Assembly: GCA_022711465.1 (NCBI GenBank)
Contig: JAKLEZ010000011.1
Location: 1 to 64,000, forward strand
DNA length: 64,000 nt
From: Planctomycetota bacterium
Lineage (GTDB): Bacteria; Planctomycetota; Phycisphaerae; UBA1845; PWPN01
Reading direction: 5' to 3'
A program made the position numbers and the translations under genes. The notes below the pieces were generated by a model, which made no database searches, was not told where the DNA came from, and saw only the letters and a program-made list of their open reading frames with translations. Position 1 is the first letter of the stretch. The number at the start of each line of letters is the position of its first letter. Positions 37,497-47,553 of this stretch are shown here, piece by piece.

Positions 37497-38495
37497 TCAC
37501 TTGTGACCCATTCTCCGCTGTTCGCCGCTTTCCCAGGCCTGACTGACGCGGTCGGCGATATGCTCGACGGGCTCGCCTTCGGTGATGTCCACCCAGCGGA
37601 TGCCGGGCATGCGCCGCATCCAGGTGCGCTGGCCCTTGGCCAGGCGGCGGGTATTGATCTTGATCTGCTCGACGGCGTCGTCCAGGGAAAGCTCGCCGCG
37701 CAAATGGCGGATGATCTCGGCGTAACCGACGGCTTGGGCGGCTTGCTCGCCGATGCTGGCCGGCCCGAACAGAAGACTTCGGACCTCCTCGACCAGCCCG
37801 CCGGCAATCATCTGCCTGACCCGGGCGTTGATGTGCCGGTTGAGGTCTTCCTTGGGCATGCGGATGGCGACCACCCGGCAATCATACCGACCGGCGGAGC
37901 CGGACCATTGGGTCTGCAGTTCGCTGATCGGACGGCCGCGGGCCCGGAAGACCTCCATGGCCCGCTCGATCCGGCGCAGGTCGTGGGGATGAATGCGAGC
38001 GGCGGCGACCGGGTCCACCCCAGCCAGTTCGGCGTGCAGAGCGGCGGAACCTTCCCTCGCGGCACGATCACGCAGGCTCTGGCGATAATCGGGATCGGCT
38101 GGCGGCCCCTCGAACACGCCGGAAACCAATCCGCGGACGAACATCATGGTGCCGCCCTCGGCCACCAGCGGCTGGCCGCGAGCGGCGGTCTCGCGGATGA
38201 CGCGGTCGGCGTCCTCGATGAACCGGCCCAAACTGTAGGACTCGCTCGGTTCGATGATATCGATGAGGTGATGCCGAATCCGGGCGCGTTCCTCGATCGT
38301 CGGCTTGGCGGTACCGACATCCATCCGCCGGTAGATCTTCATCGAGTCAACGGAGAGAATCTCCGCACCGAGGCGGCGGGCCAGCTCCAAACCGACGGCG
38401 CTTTTGCCGCAAGCGGTGCAGCCAATGAGCAGATGAAGGCGAACAGGCACGAGCACGCCCTCGAAGCAGGCCGCCGGCACCGACCGGCAAGGCAC
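37497..38495 (-). CDS. miaA: tRNA dimethylallyltransferase
   Basis: P-loop LIGCTACGKSAVGLELARRLGAEILSVDSMKIYRRMDVGTAKP. A later alternative start is possible. Confidence 0.85.
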   Translation of the reverse strand: MPCRSVPAACFEGVLVPVRLHLLIGCTACGKSAVGLELARRLGAEILSVDSMKIYRRMDVGTAKPTIEERARIRHHLIDIIEPSESYSLGRFIEDADRVIRETAARGQPLVAEGGTMMFVRGLVSGVFEGPPADPDYRQSLRDRAAREGSAALHAELAGVDPVAAARIHPHDLRRIERAMEVFRARGRPISELQTQWSGSAGRYDCRVVAIRMPKEDLNRHINARVRQMIAGGLVEEVRSLLFGPASIGEQAAQAVGYAEIIRHLRGELSLDDAVEQIKINTRRLAKGQRTWMRRMPGIRWVDITEGEPVEHIADRVSQAWESGEQRRMGHK

Positions 38496-38885
38496 GTTTC
38501 TGCCTGACGATAAGCGTCGAGCCGTCGGAGTACAAAGCCGAAAACAGAGACGCCAGAAGCCCAGAGGCGAGCGGGCCAGCCTCTCGGCATCCGGGCGGCG
38601 CGGAGGGAGCCCAGGCGGGTGTCGAGAAGAGGCAGGGCAGCCTGTAAGTAACGCTGAAAACGAGGGTTGCGCGCATCGGCGGCTTGGATCGGCTGTCAGG
38701 ATGGCAGAGCCGGGCGGCGGCGGCGCGGCGACAGCTCATCTCCTAACTTGAGCTGCGGCAATCGGTTACGTCGATTCCGGATCCTTGGCACGCGGCATGA
38801 TATGGCTGGAGGAATGGAACGAGGCGGCAACGGGCCGCCGTGAGAACACAAGATCAAGTGATTCGTACTATACGGAGGTGTAACC

Positions 38886-39332
38886 ATGATGCCGGTTTTC
38901 TGCGGACGAACGCGATGGGATGATGCCCTGCCTGCGGCTTTCGACGGCCTGGCCCGATGGCCCCGCGAACTCGAGCGGGTGATGGACACGTTCCTCGGCG
39001 AAAGCACGCCGGAGGCCTTCCGGGTGGATGTCCGCCAGGACGGTGACAACCTGGTATTCGAGGCCGAGCTGCCGGGCGTAGCCCGTGAGCATGTGAACGT
39101 GGCGGTCGAGAACGGCCTGCTGACCTTCGGAGCCAGATTCGCCAACGCTTCGGACGAGAAGAAAGGCAACTACCATGTATGCGAACGGCGGTCCGGAGAA
39201 TACAGCCGGAGCTTCAAGCTGCCGGCCACCGCGGACGCCGAGAAGATCGACGCCACCCTCAAGGACGGGATCCTGACGTTGCGGATCCCGACCCGCGAGG
39301 AAGCCAAGCCCAGACAGATTGAAGTCAAATAA
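38886..39332 (+). CDS. Hsp20/alpha-crystallin family small heat-shock protein
   Basis: Alpha-crystallin domain (FRVDVRQDGDNLVFEAELPGV...GILTLRIP). 148 aa. Confidence 0.85.
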   Translation: MMPVFCGRTRWDDALPAAFDGLARWPRELERVMDTFLGESTPEAFRVDVRQDGDNLVFEAELPGVAREHVNVAVENGLLTFGARFANASDEKKGNYHVCERRSGEYSRSFKLPATADAEKIDATLKDGILTLRIPTREEAKPRQIEVK

Positions 39333-39366
39333 GCCTCCTTCCCCCTCCTCCTGTGAAGTGCCTGCA

Positions 39367-39396
39367 GGGCCGCGGTTGCCGGAGCAGCCGCGGCCC
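39367..39396. terminator. putative bidirectional terminator hairpin
   Basis: GGGCCGCGG-N12-CCGCGGCCC is a perfect 9-bp GC stem. It is followed by TTGCACTTT and lies between the convergent hsp20 stop (39332) and the L,D-transpeptidase stop (39413). Confidence 0.4.
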
Positions 39397-39412
39397 TTGC
39401 ACTTTGGGGCGG

Positions 39413-40405
39413 TCACTTGAAGGCCATGGGGCCGGAACTGTTGACGAACCTTACCGGCAGACCGAGGCGGACCATCTTGCCGAGTCGGATCGCGTCCCAG
39501 TTGGCCAGGCGGAAACAGCCGTGCGAGCCGGTCTTGCCGATCAGCTCGGGATTCGGTGTGCCGTGCATGCCGTAACCGGGCAGACTCAGACCGATCCAGA
39601 AGCGACCGACCGGGTTGCGCGGTCCCGGCGGGATCTCCAGCTTCTCGGTGATGCGTTCCTTGACCTCCGGCCACATCTTGGGATCGAAGCTGTAGACGGG
39701 GTTTGCCGCAACCTTGATCACTTCCGCGTCCTGGTCGGGCAGCTTGGCCTTGTTCGCGGCGATCGAGCAATGGAACAGGGCGATTAGCCTCCTGTCCGGT
39801 CCGATGACACGGATGATCTTCTCGGCGAGATTGACTTCGAGGCAAGCGGCGGCGGGCCACTCCTGGCGGCCATCCAGGATCGGAACCACGACCTGGGCAC
39901 CGGCCTTGAGGTGGTTGAGCGACTTGCCCGGGTTGAGCGTGTTGAGCAGGGCCTTCTTGCAGTGGAACTTCTCGGCGAGGACATCGTCGAGGCTCTCGTG
40001 ACCCAGGCGGACCAGCTTGCTCTTGGCCACCCAGCTCTGCGGGCAAGGGCCGATCTCGGCCAGGTCCGCAGCTTCGACGGTGTACTTGCCGAGCACCCCG
40101 TCGGGGTCGACGGCGAGGGCCTTGGCGGTGGCATCGTCCAGCTCGCCGGTGACGGGGAGCCCTCGAACCCTCTGGAATTCTTTAGTGGCTATTTGAGTCT
40201 TGAAACCGATTTGTCCGTCGATCAGGCCGGGTGAGAAGCCCAGGTTGTCCAGGGCGACCTGCCAAGCGACGTTCCGGCGGAGCGAGGATTCCCACTCGGT
40301 CACGGCGCCCGGAAGGGAGACGGGAAAGGCCAGTGCCGAGGCCGCCCAGAGCACCGTCATCACGCGTTGGTGACGATGCGTGGAAAACGCGCTTTTTGCG
40401 AACAT
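39413..40405 (-). CDS. L,D-transpeptidase (YkuD domain) with peptidoglycan-binding domain
   Basis: Signal peptide from internal start MFAKSAF. PG-binding-like KEFQRVRGLPVTGELDDATAKAL. Catalytic motif HGTPNPELIGKTGSHGCFRL. Confidence 0.8.
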   Translation of the reverse strand: MFAKSAFSTHRHQRVMTVLWAASALAFPVSLPGAVTEWESSLRRNVAWQVALDNLGFSPGLIDGQIGFKTQIATKEFQRVRGLPVTGELDDATAKALAVDPDGVLGKYTVEAADLAEIGPCPQSWVAKSKLVRLGHESLDDVLAEKFHCKKALLNTLNPGKSLNHLKAGAQVVVPILDGRQEWPAAACLEVNLAEKIIRVIGPDRRLIALFHCSIAANKAKLPDQDAEVIKVAANPVYSFDPKMWPEVKERITEKLEIPPGPRNPVGRFWIGLSLPGYGMHGTPNPELIGKTGSHGCFRLANWDAIRLGKMVRLGLPVRFVNSSGPMAFK

Positions 40406-40801
40406 GGCGATCCCTTCCTGCCGGTGCGGCCGGCCATCGGGTACGGACCACAAGACCCTGTCCGACAAACCTCCTCGGACGCGGTCGGGCGCATTGTAGC
40501 GGTCCGAACCCGGGGAGTCATTACCGGACGCGGCGACCGCCGGTGCGGGGCGGCGGCGGCCTCCTCCCTGATTCCTGACCGCCGGCCGGTCAAGAACCTA
40601 CAGTGAGGGGCGATGCTTTCCGATCTGCCCGGACGGTACCGCCGGACGACCGCGAAACCGCACGTTCAGCTCACGAACCCCCCCTGCCGGACCGATGGCA
40701 GAGCAGGGACCGGAGTCACCGTGCCTGCGCCTGCATGAGACCGGGTATTCCAGAAAGGCCGGGCGAGCCTCCCCAAGACCGCTTGAAGTGGAGATTCTGA
40801 C

Positions 40802-41197
40802 ATGGCCCACCCGTTCGTCAAGTTCCTCACCGAGCGGGATCTCATTCCCGCCTCCGCGGCCACCCTTCTATGCAAGAGCAGAAGCTTCGTTCGGCAACCG
40901 ATCGGCATGATCGCGGTGAGTCACGGCCTGCTACGACCGGACCAGATCGACCTGGTCTTGGATCGACAGCGCAGCCACAAGGACCAGTTGTTCGGCGAGA
41001 TCGCGGTGGAGCTGGGTTTCCTGACCCGTCAGCAGACCGAGATGCTGGTCCGAATTCAGGAGCTCCGGCTTGCGGCGGACATCACCGAGACCCTGGCCCT
41101 CGCCGGGGTGTGCACGTATGAGGATGCGGTTCGGTACCTGGGAGCCTTCCTGGTTCGTGACTGCGAAGTGGCGGCGATGATGCTGGGGCAAGCGTGA
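40802..41197 (+). CDS. stand-alone MshEN (T2SSE_N)-like domain protein, putative c-di-GMP receptor
   Basis: Two tandem 24-aa MshEN-type motifs, PIGMIAVSHGLLRPDQIDLVLDRQ and LFGEIAVELGFLTRQQTEMLVRIQ, separated by 6 aa. They match the consensus RLGxx(L/V/I)(L/V/I)xxG(L/V/I)(L/V/I)xxxxLxxxLxxQ. Confidence 0.6.
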   Translation: MAHPFVKFLTERDLIPASAATLLCKSRSFVRQPIGMIAVSHGLLRPDQIDLVLDRQRSHKDQLFGEIAVELGFLTRQQTEMLVRIQELRLAADITETLALAGVCTYEDAVRYLGAFLVRDCEVAAMMLGQA

Positions 41198-41222
41198 GCG
41201 CCGGATCGAGGCCGAGCAGGAT

Positions 41223-42743
41223 ATGAGCAAGGAAGTCATCGACAAGCTCAAGCGTTCAGCCCAGTTGCCCAGTGCGCCCGGCACAGCGCTTGAGGTCTTG
41301 CGCCTCTGCCAGACCGAGGACGCATCCATCGGCGTCCTGGCCGACACGTTGGCCACCGACCCCGCGTTGTGCCTTCGACTGCTGAAGTACGCGAACTCCG
41401 CCATGTTCGGCGCCAGCAAGGAGATCGCCAGTGTCCGCGACGCGGTGCTCATGTTGGGCCTTCGGTCGGTCCGGGTCATGGCCCTGGGTTTCTCGCTGGT
41501 ATCGACCCGAGACCCCAAGGCGTGCAAGGCTTTCGAGTTTGACCGGTTCTGGGCCCATTCCGTGGCTCGAGCCGCGGCCGCTCGCCACCTGGCAGCTCGG
41601 CTTCGGATCGCCTCGCCCGAGGAGGCTTTCTCGATCGGCCTGTTGTCGCACATCGGCAAGTTGGCGTTCGCGGTGGGAATGCCCGACCTCTACCCGGCCG
41701 TCCTCCAGGTGGCCGGGGGCACCCTCGCCCGGGCCGAGCGGCACGAGACCGCCTGCCTGGGCTGCTCGCACTATGACCTGGGCGCCGATCTGCTGATCGA
41801 ATGGGGACTGCCCCAGTACATGGCGGACATCGTCCGGGCCCAGTCCCACCCCGACACGTATGAACGGGATTCGGAGATGGGCAGATGGGTGAGCCTCATC
41901 CGCGCTGCCACAGACACCGGTGACATCGTCTGCAAGGTATCTCCGGACTACATCCTGGCCACCCGCCGGCAGTCCATTATCAACTCCGGCCTGATTCCCG
42001 AAGAAGAGGTAGATCAGGTTCTGCAGTCGGTCAAAGCGGAGTTCAACGACCTGGTGACCATTCTCTCGGTGAAGCCGGGAACAAGGCCCCGCGACCAGGA
42101 GATCCAGGCCAAGGCCGGGGCCATGCTCAACGAGCTTCGCCTCAGCGCCCAACTGCAGAGCGAGGCAGCCGAGAAGGGGCAACCCGACGTCCAGCCAAAG
42201 GCGGCCACCGACGAACTGACCGGGATCGCCAACCGCCGGTCGTTCGACCAACGGTTGGCCGAGGTTCTGGAGGAAAGCCGGATCAAGGGCGACTCGCTGG
42301 CCCTGGTCATGATGGATATCGACTCGTTCAAGCAGTTCAACGATACGTTCGGTCACACAACCGGAGACGTCGTGCTGCAGGCCGTCACCCAGACCCTTCT
42401 GAAGACCCTGCGATCCGCAGACCTCCTGGCCCGCTATGGCGGTGAAGAGTTCGCGGCGATCCTGCCCCGCGCGGACCGTCTTCTGGCTGCCCAGCTCTGC
42501 GTGAGACTGAGGCGAGCGGTCGAGGTGTGTACGGTCAAACACGGCGGCCGAAACCATCGGGTGACGATCAGTGTGGGAGCGGCCCTGACCCCCGTTCCGT
42601 TGGGCGGGTGCGGAGCCAAGACGCTGCTCCAGGTCGCCCAGGCCGAACTACGCGCGGCCAAGGCGAAGGGGCGCAACTGCTGCAGTATGAGGCAGATCGC
42701 CTCCCCCATGAAAATCGCGCCCGCCCCGGCGAATCCCCGCTGA
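41223..42743 (+). CDS. HDOD domain-GGDEF diguanylate cyclase
   Basis: N-terminal HDOD region (LRLCQTEDASIGVLADTLATDPALCLRLLKYANSAMFG). C-terminal GGDEF with intact RYGGEEF active-site motif. Confidence 0.85.
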   Translation: MSKEVIDKLKRSAQLPSAPGTALEVLRLCQTEDASIGVLADTLATDPALCLRLLKYANSAMFGASKEIASVRDAVLMLGLRSVRVMALGFSLVSTRDPKACKAFEFDRFWAHSVARAAAARHLAARLRIASPEEAFSIGLLSHIGKLAFAVGMPDLYPAVLQVAGGTLARAERHETACLGCSHYDLGADLLIEWGLPQYMADIVRAQSHPDTYERDSEMGRWVSLIRAATDTGDIVCKVSPDYILATRRQSIINSGLIPEEEVDQVLQSVKAEFNDLVTILSVKPGTRPRDQEIQAKAGAMLNELRLSAQLQSEAAEKGQPDVQPKAATDELTGIANRRSFDQRLAEVLEESRIKGDSLALVMMDIDSFKQFNDTFGHTTGDVVLQAVTQTLLKTLRSADLLARYGGEEFAAILPRADRLLAAQLCVRLRRAVEVCTVKHGGRNHRVTISVGAALTPVPLGGCGAKTLLQVAQAELRAAKAKGRNCCSMRQIASPMKIAPAPANPR

Positions 42744-42981
42744 TTGAGCGCTGCATGGAACAGACCCTGGCGATCCCGCCGTCGGTCAGGTTCTGGGGCG
42801 AAGGCCGGACACTGCGATCTCATCGACGAGCGAAGAGGCCGGGCCGTGGATCTTCGCTCCTGGTAGCCTCGACCGCCGGGGCGGCTTCCTCCATCGTCGA
42901 AGAAGGGTCTCGCGCCTGCGCGCGAGTCCATCCGTCAGAAGGACACGCCCGACGCGGGACTCTGCGGGGTGTTCCTGTACA

Positions 42982-44070
42982 ATGCGACCCATGCTGAGGC
43001 TTGGAAGCGTCGAACTCGCCACCCGCCTGCTGCTCGCTCCGATCGCCAGGTACTGTGACCTAGCCTTTCGCTTGACGATTCGACCACTGGGCGGGCTGGG
43101 GCTGGCGTACACGGACCTGGTGAACCCTCGCGGGCTGCTGCGTCGGACGGCCAAGTCGATGGAACTGGTTCGGACCGAATCCGGGGACCAGCCGTTGTGC
43201 GTTCAGCTCTACGGGAGCGAGGTCCGGCCGATGGCCGATGCGGCCCGCTGGTGCCAGGACCATGGGGCGGCGATCATTGACATCAACATGGGCTGCCCGG
43301 CGGAGAAGATCACCTGCCGGGCGGGCGGCGCAGCGCTGCTGCGTGACATTCCGGCGGCGGTCCGGTTGGCGGAAGGAGTCGTCCGGGCATCGCGCGTGCC
43401 GGTGACGGCCAAGATCCGTCTGGGTTGGAACGACGGTGAAATCGTGGCTCCGTCGCTGGCCGCCGCGCTGAAGGAGGCCGGCATCGCCGGCATCATTGTC
43501 CACGGGCGGACGGTGGAGCAGCAGTTCGCCGGCCCGGCCAGACTCGAGGAGATTGGCCACGTGGTGACGGCAGCGGGACCGATCCCGGTGATCGGCAACG
43601 GCGGGATCGGATGCCCTCGCGACGCAGCGGACATGATCCGGCAAACGGGCTGCGCGGGGGTGATGATCGGCCGGGGCGCCTTGCGCGATCCCTGGCTGTT
43701 CCGCGACACCCACGCCTTCCTGGTCACGGGTGTGGTTCCCGAGCCGCCGACGATGGTTGACCGGATCGCCTTCATGAACCGACACTTCGATCACCTGGTT
43801 CACCTCAAGGGCGAGCGGTTGGCGTGCATCACCTTCCGGCAACGAGCCAGTTGGTACATCGGCAAGCTGGGCGATCACTCCACCTTCAAGCACGGCGTCC
43901 GCACCATCGTCCGGGCCGACGACTACCGGAGGCTGGTCGCCAAGCTGATGGAATCCGTGCAGTGCATGACCGAAGAGAACAACCATCACGGCACCGCGCG
44001 GGGCCGAATCGACGGGCTGGACAAGCGATCGTTGAGGCCGGATGATGGTCTCGCTGCATCGCGCGGTTGA
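42982..44070 (+). CDS. tRNA-dihydrouridine synthase
   Basis: ARYCDLAFRL...DINMGCP...FMN/TIM-barrel Dus motifs. 362 aa. Confidence 0.85.
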   Translation: MRPMLRLGSVELATRLLLAPIARYCDLAFRLTIRPLGGLGLAYTDLVNPRGLLRRTAKSMELVRTESGDQPLCVQLYGSEVRPMADAARWCQDHGAAIIDINMGCPAEKITCRAGGAALLRDIPAAVRLAEGVVRASRVPVTAKIRLGWNDGEIVAPSLAAALKEAGIAGIIVHGRTVEQQFAGPARLEEIGHVVTAAGPIPVIGNGGIGCPRDAADMIRQTGCAGVMIGRGALRDPWLFRDTHAFLVTGVVPEPPTMVDRIAFMNRHFDHLVHLKGERLACITFRQRASWYIGKLGDHSTFKHGVRTIVRADDYRRLVAKLMESVQCMTEENNHHGTARGRIDGLDKRSLRPDDGLAASRG

Positions 44071-44106
44071 CACCGCAAGGCGGTCGACGATGAGCGGGAG
44101 CCGGCT

Positions 44107-45390
44107 TTGATACTCCATCGGTTGGTCGCGTTTCCGGAAAGCCGGAACATCCTCAGGCTCCATCTCTGGGCAACGCCGTTCATCGCCCTTCAGGCTGCTG
44201 TCTACCAGATGCTGCCCGTCCTTCTCCGGCAGCACTTCGCCGCCGACGAATGGCAGACGGCCATCTCGACCGCGGCTATCTCGGTCACGCTGCTGTTGTC
44301 GGTGATCTGGAACGAGCTGTACTGCCGAGCTCGTCCCGGGCTCTACCTGGCCCTCCTGTGGGCACTGGCGATCGCGCCACTGGGCGGGATTGCGCTGTGT
44401 TACACCGCCTGGAGCGCCCTGTTCTTCATCGTGGTCGCAGCCACGGGCTTCGGCGGCATGCAGCCGCTGAGCGGTGATATCCTGCGTCACAGCTACCCGC
44501 CGATGGCCCGCAACCGCATCTTCAGCGTCATCCAGATGGTCAGCCAATGCACGGTCATGGTGGGCACCTACCTGATCGGCTTGTGCCTCAACTACTGGCC
44601 GGAGGCGTTCCGGGTGTACCTGCCGGCGGGCACTCTGGCCGTGGGCGTGGGCATGGGCCTGCTTTACCGGATCACCCAGAAGCAGTTGTTCATCGAACGC
44701 CGGCAGGTTCAGCACTCCGAGCCGCTTCTGACCAGCCTGAGTCGCGTCTACCACAACATGCTGAGAGTATTCCGCGAGGACAGCATCTTCCGGCGGCACG
44801 AGACTGCGTTCTCACTCTATGGTCTGGGATGGATGATCTGCTGGGCCCTGCTCCCTTTCATCTGTGTCGACAAACTCCATCTCACCTATGCGGAGGTGGC
44901 CCGCTCAACACAGACCGCCTTGCAGCTGATGCTCATGATGACCATGCTTCCCACCGCCTATCTGATGGACCGCTTCGGCCCGCTGACGATCGCGGCGTGG
45001 TCGTTCGCCCTGCTGGTCTTCTATCCGATCGGTCTGATGTGGGCTTATGACGTCAACAGCCTGACGTTTGTCACCATCGTCTATGCGGTCATGCTCAGCG
45101 GCGTGAACCTGACCTGGACACTCGGCCCCATTCTTCTCGCTCGCGATGCGTCGCAGGCTCCCACCTATCTGGCCATTCACGCGACCATGGTGGGCATTCG
45201 TGGTCTGGTCGGCCAGTTCCCGGCGGTGGCCCTGTATCGCTGGACGCAGGATGTTCGCCTCCCCCTGGCCATCGCCGCCGTCCTCTTTGCCTGGGGAGCA
45301 GTGATTATGTTCCGGGTAGAGCGGGACCGTCGAGCCGCCGCAAAGGCCCGCCCCGAGGCCGAGCCCATGCCCTTGGCACCTCCTCCATGA
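44107..45390 (+). CDS. MFS-type membrane transporter
   Basis: About 12 predicted TM segments. 427 aa. The start may be a later internal Met. Confidence 0.6.
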   Translation: MILHRLVAFPESRNILRLHLWATPFIALQAAVYQMLPVLLRQHFAADEWQTAISTAAISVTLLLSVIWNELYCRARPGLYLALLWALAIAPLGGIALCYTAWSALFFIVVAATGFGGMQPLSGDILRHSYPPMARNRIFSVIQMVSQCTVMVGTYLIGLCLNYWPEAFRVYLPAGTLAVGVGMGLLYRITQKQLFIERRQVQHSEPLLTSLSRVYHNMLRVFREDSIFRRHETAFSLYGLGWMICWALLPFICVDKLHLTYAEVARSTQTALQLMLMMTMLPTAYLMDRFGPLTIAAWSFALLVFYPIGLMWAYDVNSLTFVTIVYAVMLSGVNLTWTLGPILLARDASQAPTYLAIHATMVGIRGLVGQFPAVALYRWTQDVRLPLAIAAVLFAWGAVIMFRVERDRRAAAKARPEAEPMPLAPPP

Positions 45391-45438
45391 TCGCCGGCCG
45401 CCGCCGGCTGTCCAGTGCCTGACGAATGCACGCGCCGC

Positions 45439-47553
45439 TCAGGGCGTGACGTCGTCGGCCTCGTCCACGTCGAAGTCGCCGTCCTTGTCCAGGCAGGCAC
45501 AGGACGGGAGGATGCCCGTTCGGTACGGCATGCCCGAACCCGAGTAGCACGCGTGAGTGGCCGCCAGGTCGTCGGCGTCGGCGTCACCGTCGCCGTCCAG
45601 GTCGCCGACCGTTGGACTGCAGGTGAAACCGCCGGTATAGAGGGCCATGGTGTCCACCCTGAGGATCTCGGCGCTACTCGTCCAGAGATACAAGCCGCTC
45701 ACATAGGGGCTGGTCGGAGTGCCGGCCGTATAGGTCGTGACCTCGTTCCCGTTGACCGTGAGCCTGGCCGTGCCAGCCGTGGCATTGTACCAGAGGGCGA
45801 GTTCGATGTAGGCCGAGCCCGGATTGAACTTCGTGCCCGCCACCGGCCAGCAGTCGGTGTCGAACATGACACCCGTGCCGCTGAAGCACCGCTGGAGCAC
45901 GCCGAAATCGACCTGATCGATGTCGCTATCCTGGTCGAAATCCATGTCCCCGCACTGGCCGGCGATGGTGTGGATGGTCGGACCGGTGTAGCATCCGATG
46001 AAGGCCAGCACATCGTCGCCGTCCACGTCCTGATCGCCGTCGGCGTCCGGTGACGGCGGTTCGGCCGTTCCGACCGACCCGGTGACTGGGCCGCCGACCA
46101 CCGTACCACCCACTCCCACAGTGGCCGGGCGACCGACCTTGAAAGACCCGACCGCCACGGCCTCATCGCCGTTCACCAGGGCGATCTGAAGGGCGTTGCC
46201 GGCCACCAGCCCAGTATCGAGCCTGAGCACGGCCTTGCCCATCACGACGCCGAGATTCCTGGCCGGCAGTTTCAGGGTCGGCAGCTCGACCCAGGCCGAG
46301 ACTGCGGCCGCACCTGCGGGCAGGGCAACCACGCGCTTGTCCGATGCGTACTCGTCATCGGTCAGACTCCAGCCCACGTCGGCACCCGTCTTGAGATTGC
46401 CTTGGAGGGAGTAATCAGCTCGGCGCATATCCTCGACCCCCCAACTGTTGACCAGGACCGGACCTGCCTGGGCGGGGGTGGCGATATCCAGGGGCGGGTT
46501 ACTGTCCGTGTTAGCCTTGAACATGACATAGGTCCGCTGGGACCGGCTCACCCCGTCCTGGATTTCGAGCAATGCGGCGTTGACGGGATCGGACACCTCA
46601 ATCGGCTCGTCCGACTGGTAGACCATCACGTACTTGTAGGGAGGAGCATTCTCGTAAGCGCCGCCCATGTTGCTCCAGGCATGGAATGAACCGATCGGGT
46701 TCCCGCTTGCGTCCACCATTCCGCCAATGTTCTGGCGTACCCAGTCGGCCATATCCACCGTTTGCCAGCCGAACAGCGGGTGCAGCGACCCGTGAGGCAG
46801 GGAATGGATCTCCGAAATCGGGATCAGGTATCCGCGGATCTCCATGGCCTTGTAGTCTCTGGCGATGTTCTTCCGCGTCGTTCCCGTGGTTGTGAGCTTC
46901 AGGGTATTGTAATGACGATATCCTTCCGGCTCCTCGAACACCTGCCCGGGAGCCAAGTCGGGGCTCTTGTACTCGAAGTAGTACTTCGAGCCGCCCAGGC
47001 CTCTCTGGTTGGCCCCGGCGTTGTTGTACCAGAAGTAATTGCTCGCCGATTCCCATCCGGGGCCGGTCGCCGCACTATCGTTCTGTTCCCAATCCCAGTT
47101 GTTGTCTGTTGGGACCCCGCTTCCGGTCACGCCGCCGCCGTCGTCACGCCGATTGTCCGTCCATGTTTCGCCCTCGGCGAGGATGCCGAATTGCGGCTCG
47201 CTTTTGGTCGTCAGGCTCATGAAGCCGGCATCGAGTTTGTCGGTTGGAAGACAGCAAGGATCATGCCGGATGTGGTAGGCGTAGGTGTAGCCCGGGCTTG
47301 CCGGATCGTTGTCGATGATCTCGATTGAGAGATATCCGTGAGGATTCAGCAGGACGGTGACATCGTCTGCGGTCATAGGCAACCGATCGGGCCCGGCCGC
47401 CTGGTGTATGAGATCGGACGTATAACCATGGGTGAAGAACCAGTACTCTTCGTACGGCGCGGCGAGCACCGGGGCTACAAGCCAGAGCACACCCGCGATG
47501 GCCAGAACGATAGTCCTTGCCGCTTTCCTACCCACCATGACATGCTCCTTCAT
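45439..47553 (-). CDS. large secreted protein of unknown function with C-terminal Cys-containing dockerin-like Ca-binding repeats
   Basis: Signal peptide. C-terminal repeats DADGDQDVDGDDVLAFIGCYTGP, DMDFDQDSDIDQVDFGVLQRCFSGTG, DLDGDGDADADDLAATHACYSGSG and DKDGDFDVDEADD. Confidence 0.65.
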   Translation of the reverse strand: MKEHVMVGRKAARTIVLAIAGVLWLVAPVLAAPYEEYWFFTHGYTSDLIHQAAGPDRLPMTADDVTVLLNPHGYLSIEIIDNDPASPGYTYAYHIRHDPCCLPTDKLDAGFMSLTTKSEPQFGILAEGETWTDNRRDDGGGVTGSGVPTDNNWDWEQNDSAATGPGWESASNYFWYNNAGANQRGLGGSKYYFEYKSPDLAPGQVFEEPEGYRHYNTLKLTTTGTTRKNIARDYKAMEIRGYLIPISEIHSLPHGSLHPLFGWQTVDMADWVRQNIGGMVDASGNPIGSFHAWSNMGGAYENAPPYKYVMVYQSDEPIEVSDPVNAALLEIQDGVSRSQRTYVMFKANTDSNPPLDIATPAQAGPVLVNSWGVEDMRRADYSLQGNLKTGADVGWSLTDDEYASDKRVVALPAGAAAVSAWVELPTLKLPARNLGVVMGKAVLRLDTGLVAGNALQIALVNGDEAVAVGSFKVGRPATVGVGGTVVGGPVTGSVGTAEPPSPDADGDQDVDGDDVLAFIGCYTGPTIHTIAGQCGDMDFDQDSDIDQVDFGVLQRCFSGTGVMFDTDCWPVAGTKFNPGSAYIELALWYNATAGTARLTVNGNEVTTYTAGTPTSPYVSGLYLWTSSAEILRVDTMALYTGGFTCSPTVGDLDGDGDADADDLAATHACYSGSGMPYRTGILPSCACLDKDGDFDVDEADDVTP

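Noticed and set aside
38740-38790. TGGCACGCGGCATGAT upstream of hsp20, resembling the -24 element of a sigma54 promoter
   Set aside because: The -12 GC dinucleotide (TTGCW) is missing at the required spacing; only the TGGCAC half matches.
43060-44799. 579-aa minus-strand ORF across the dus and MFS genes
   Set aside because: Antisense artifact. The plus-strand genes carry clear Dus and transporter features.
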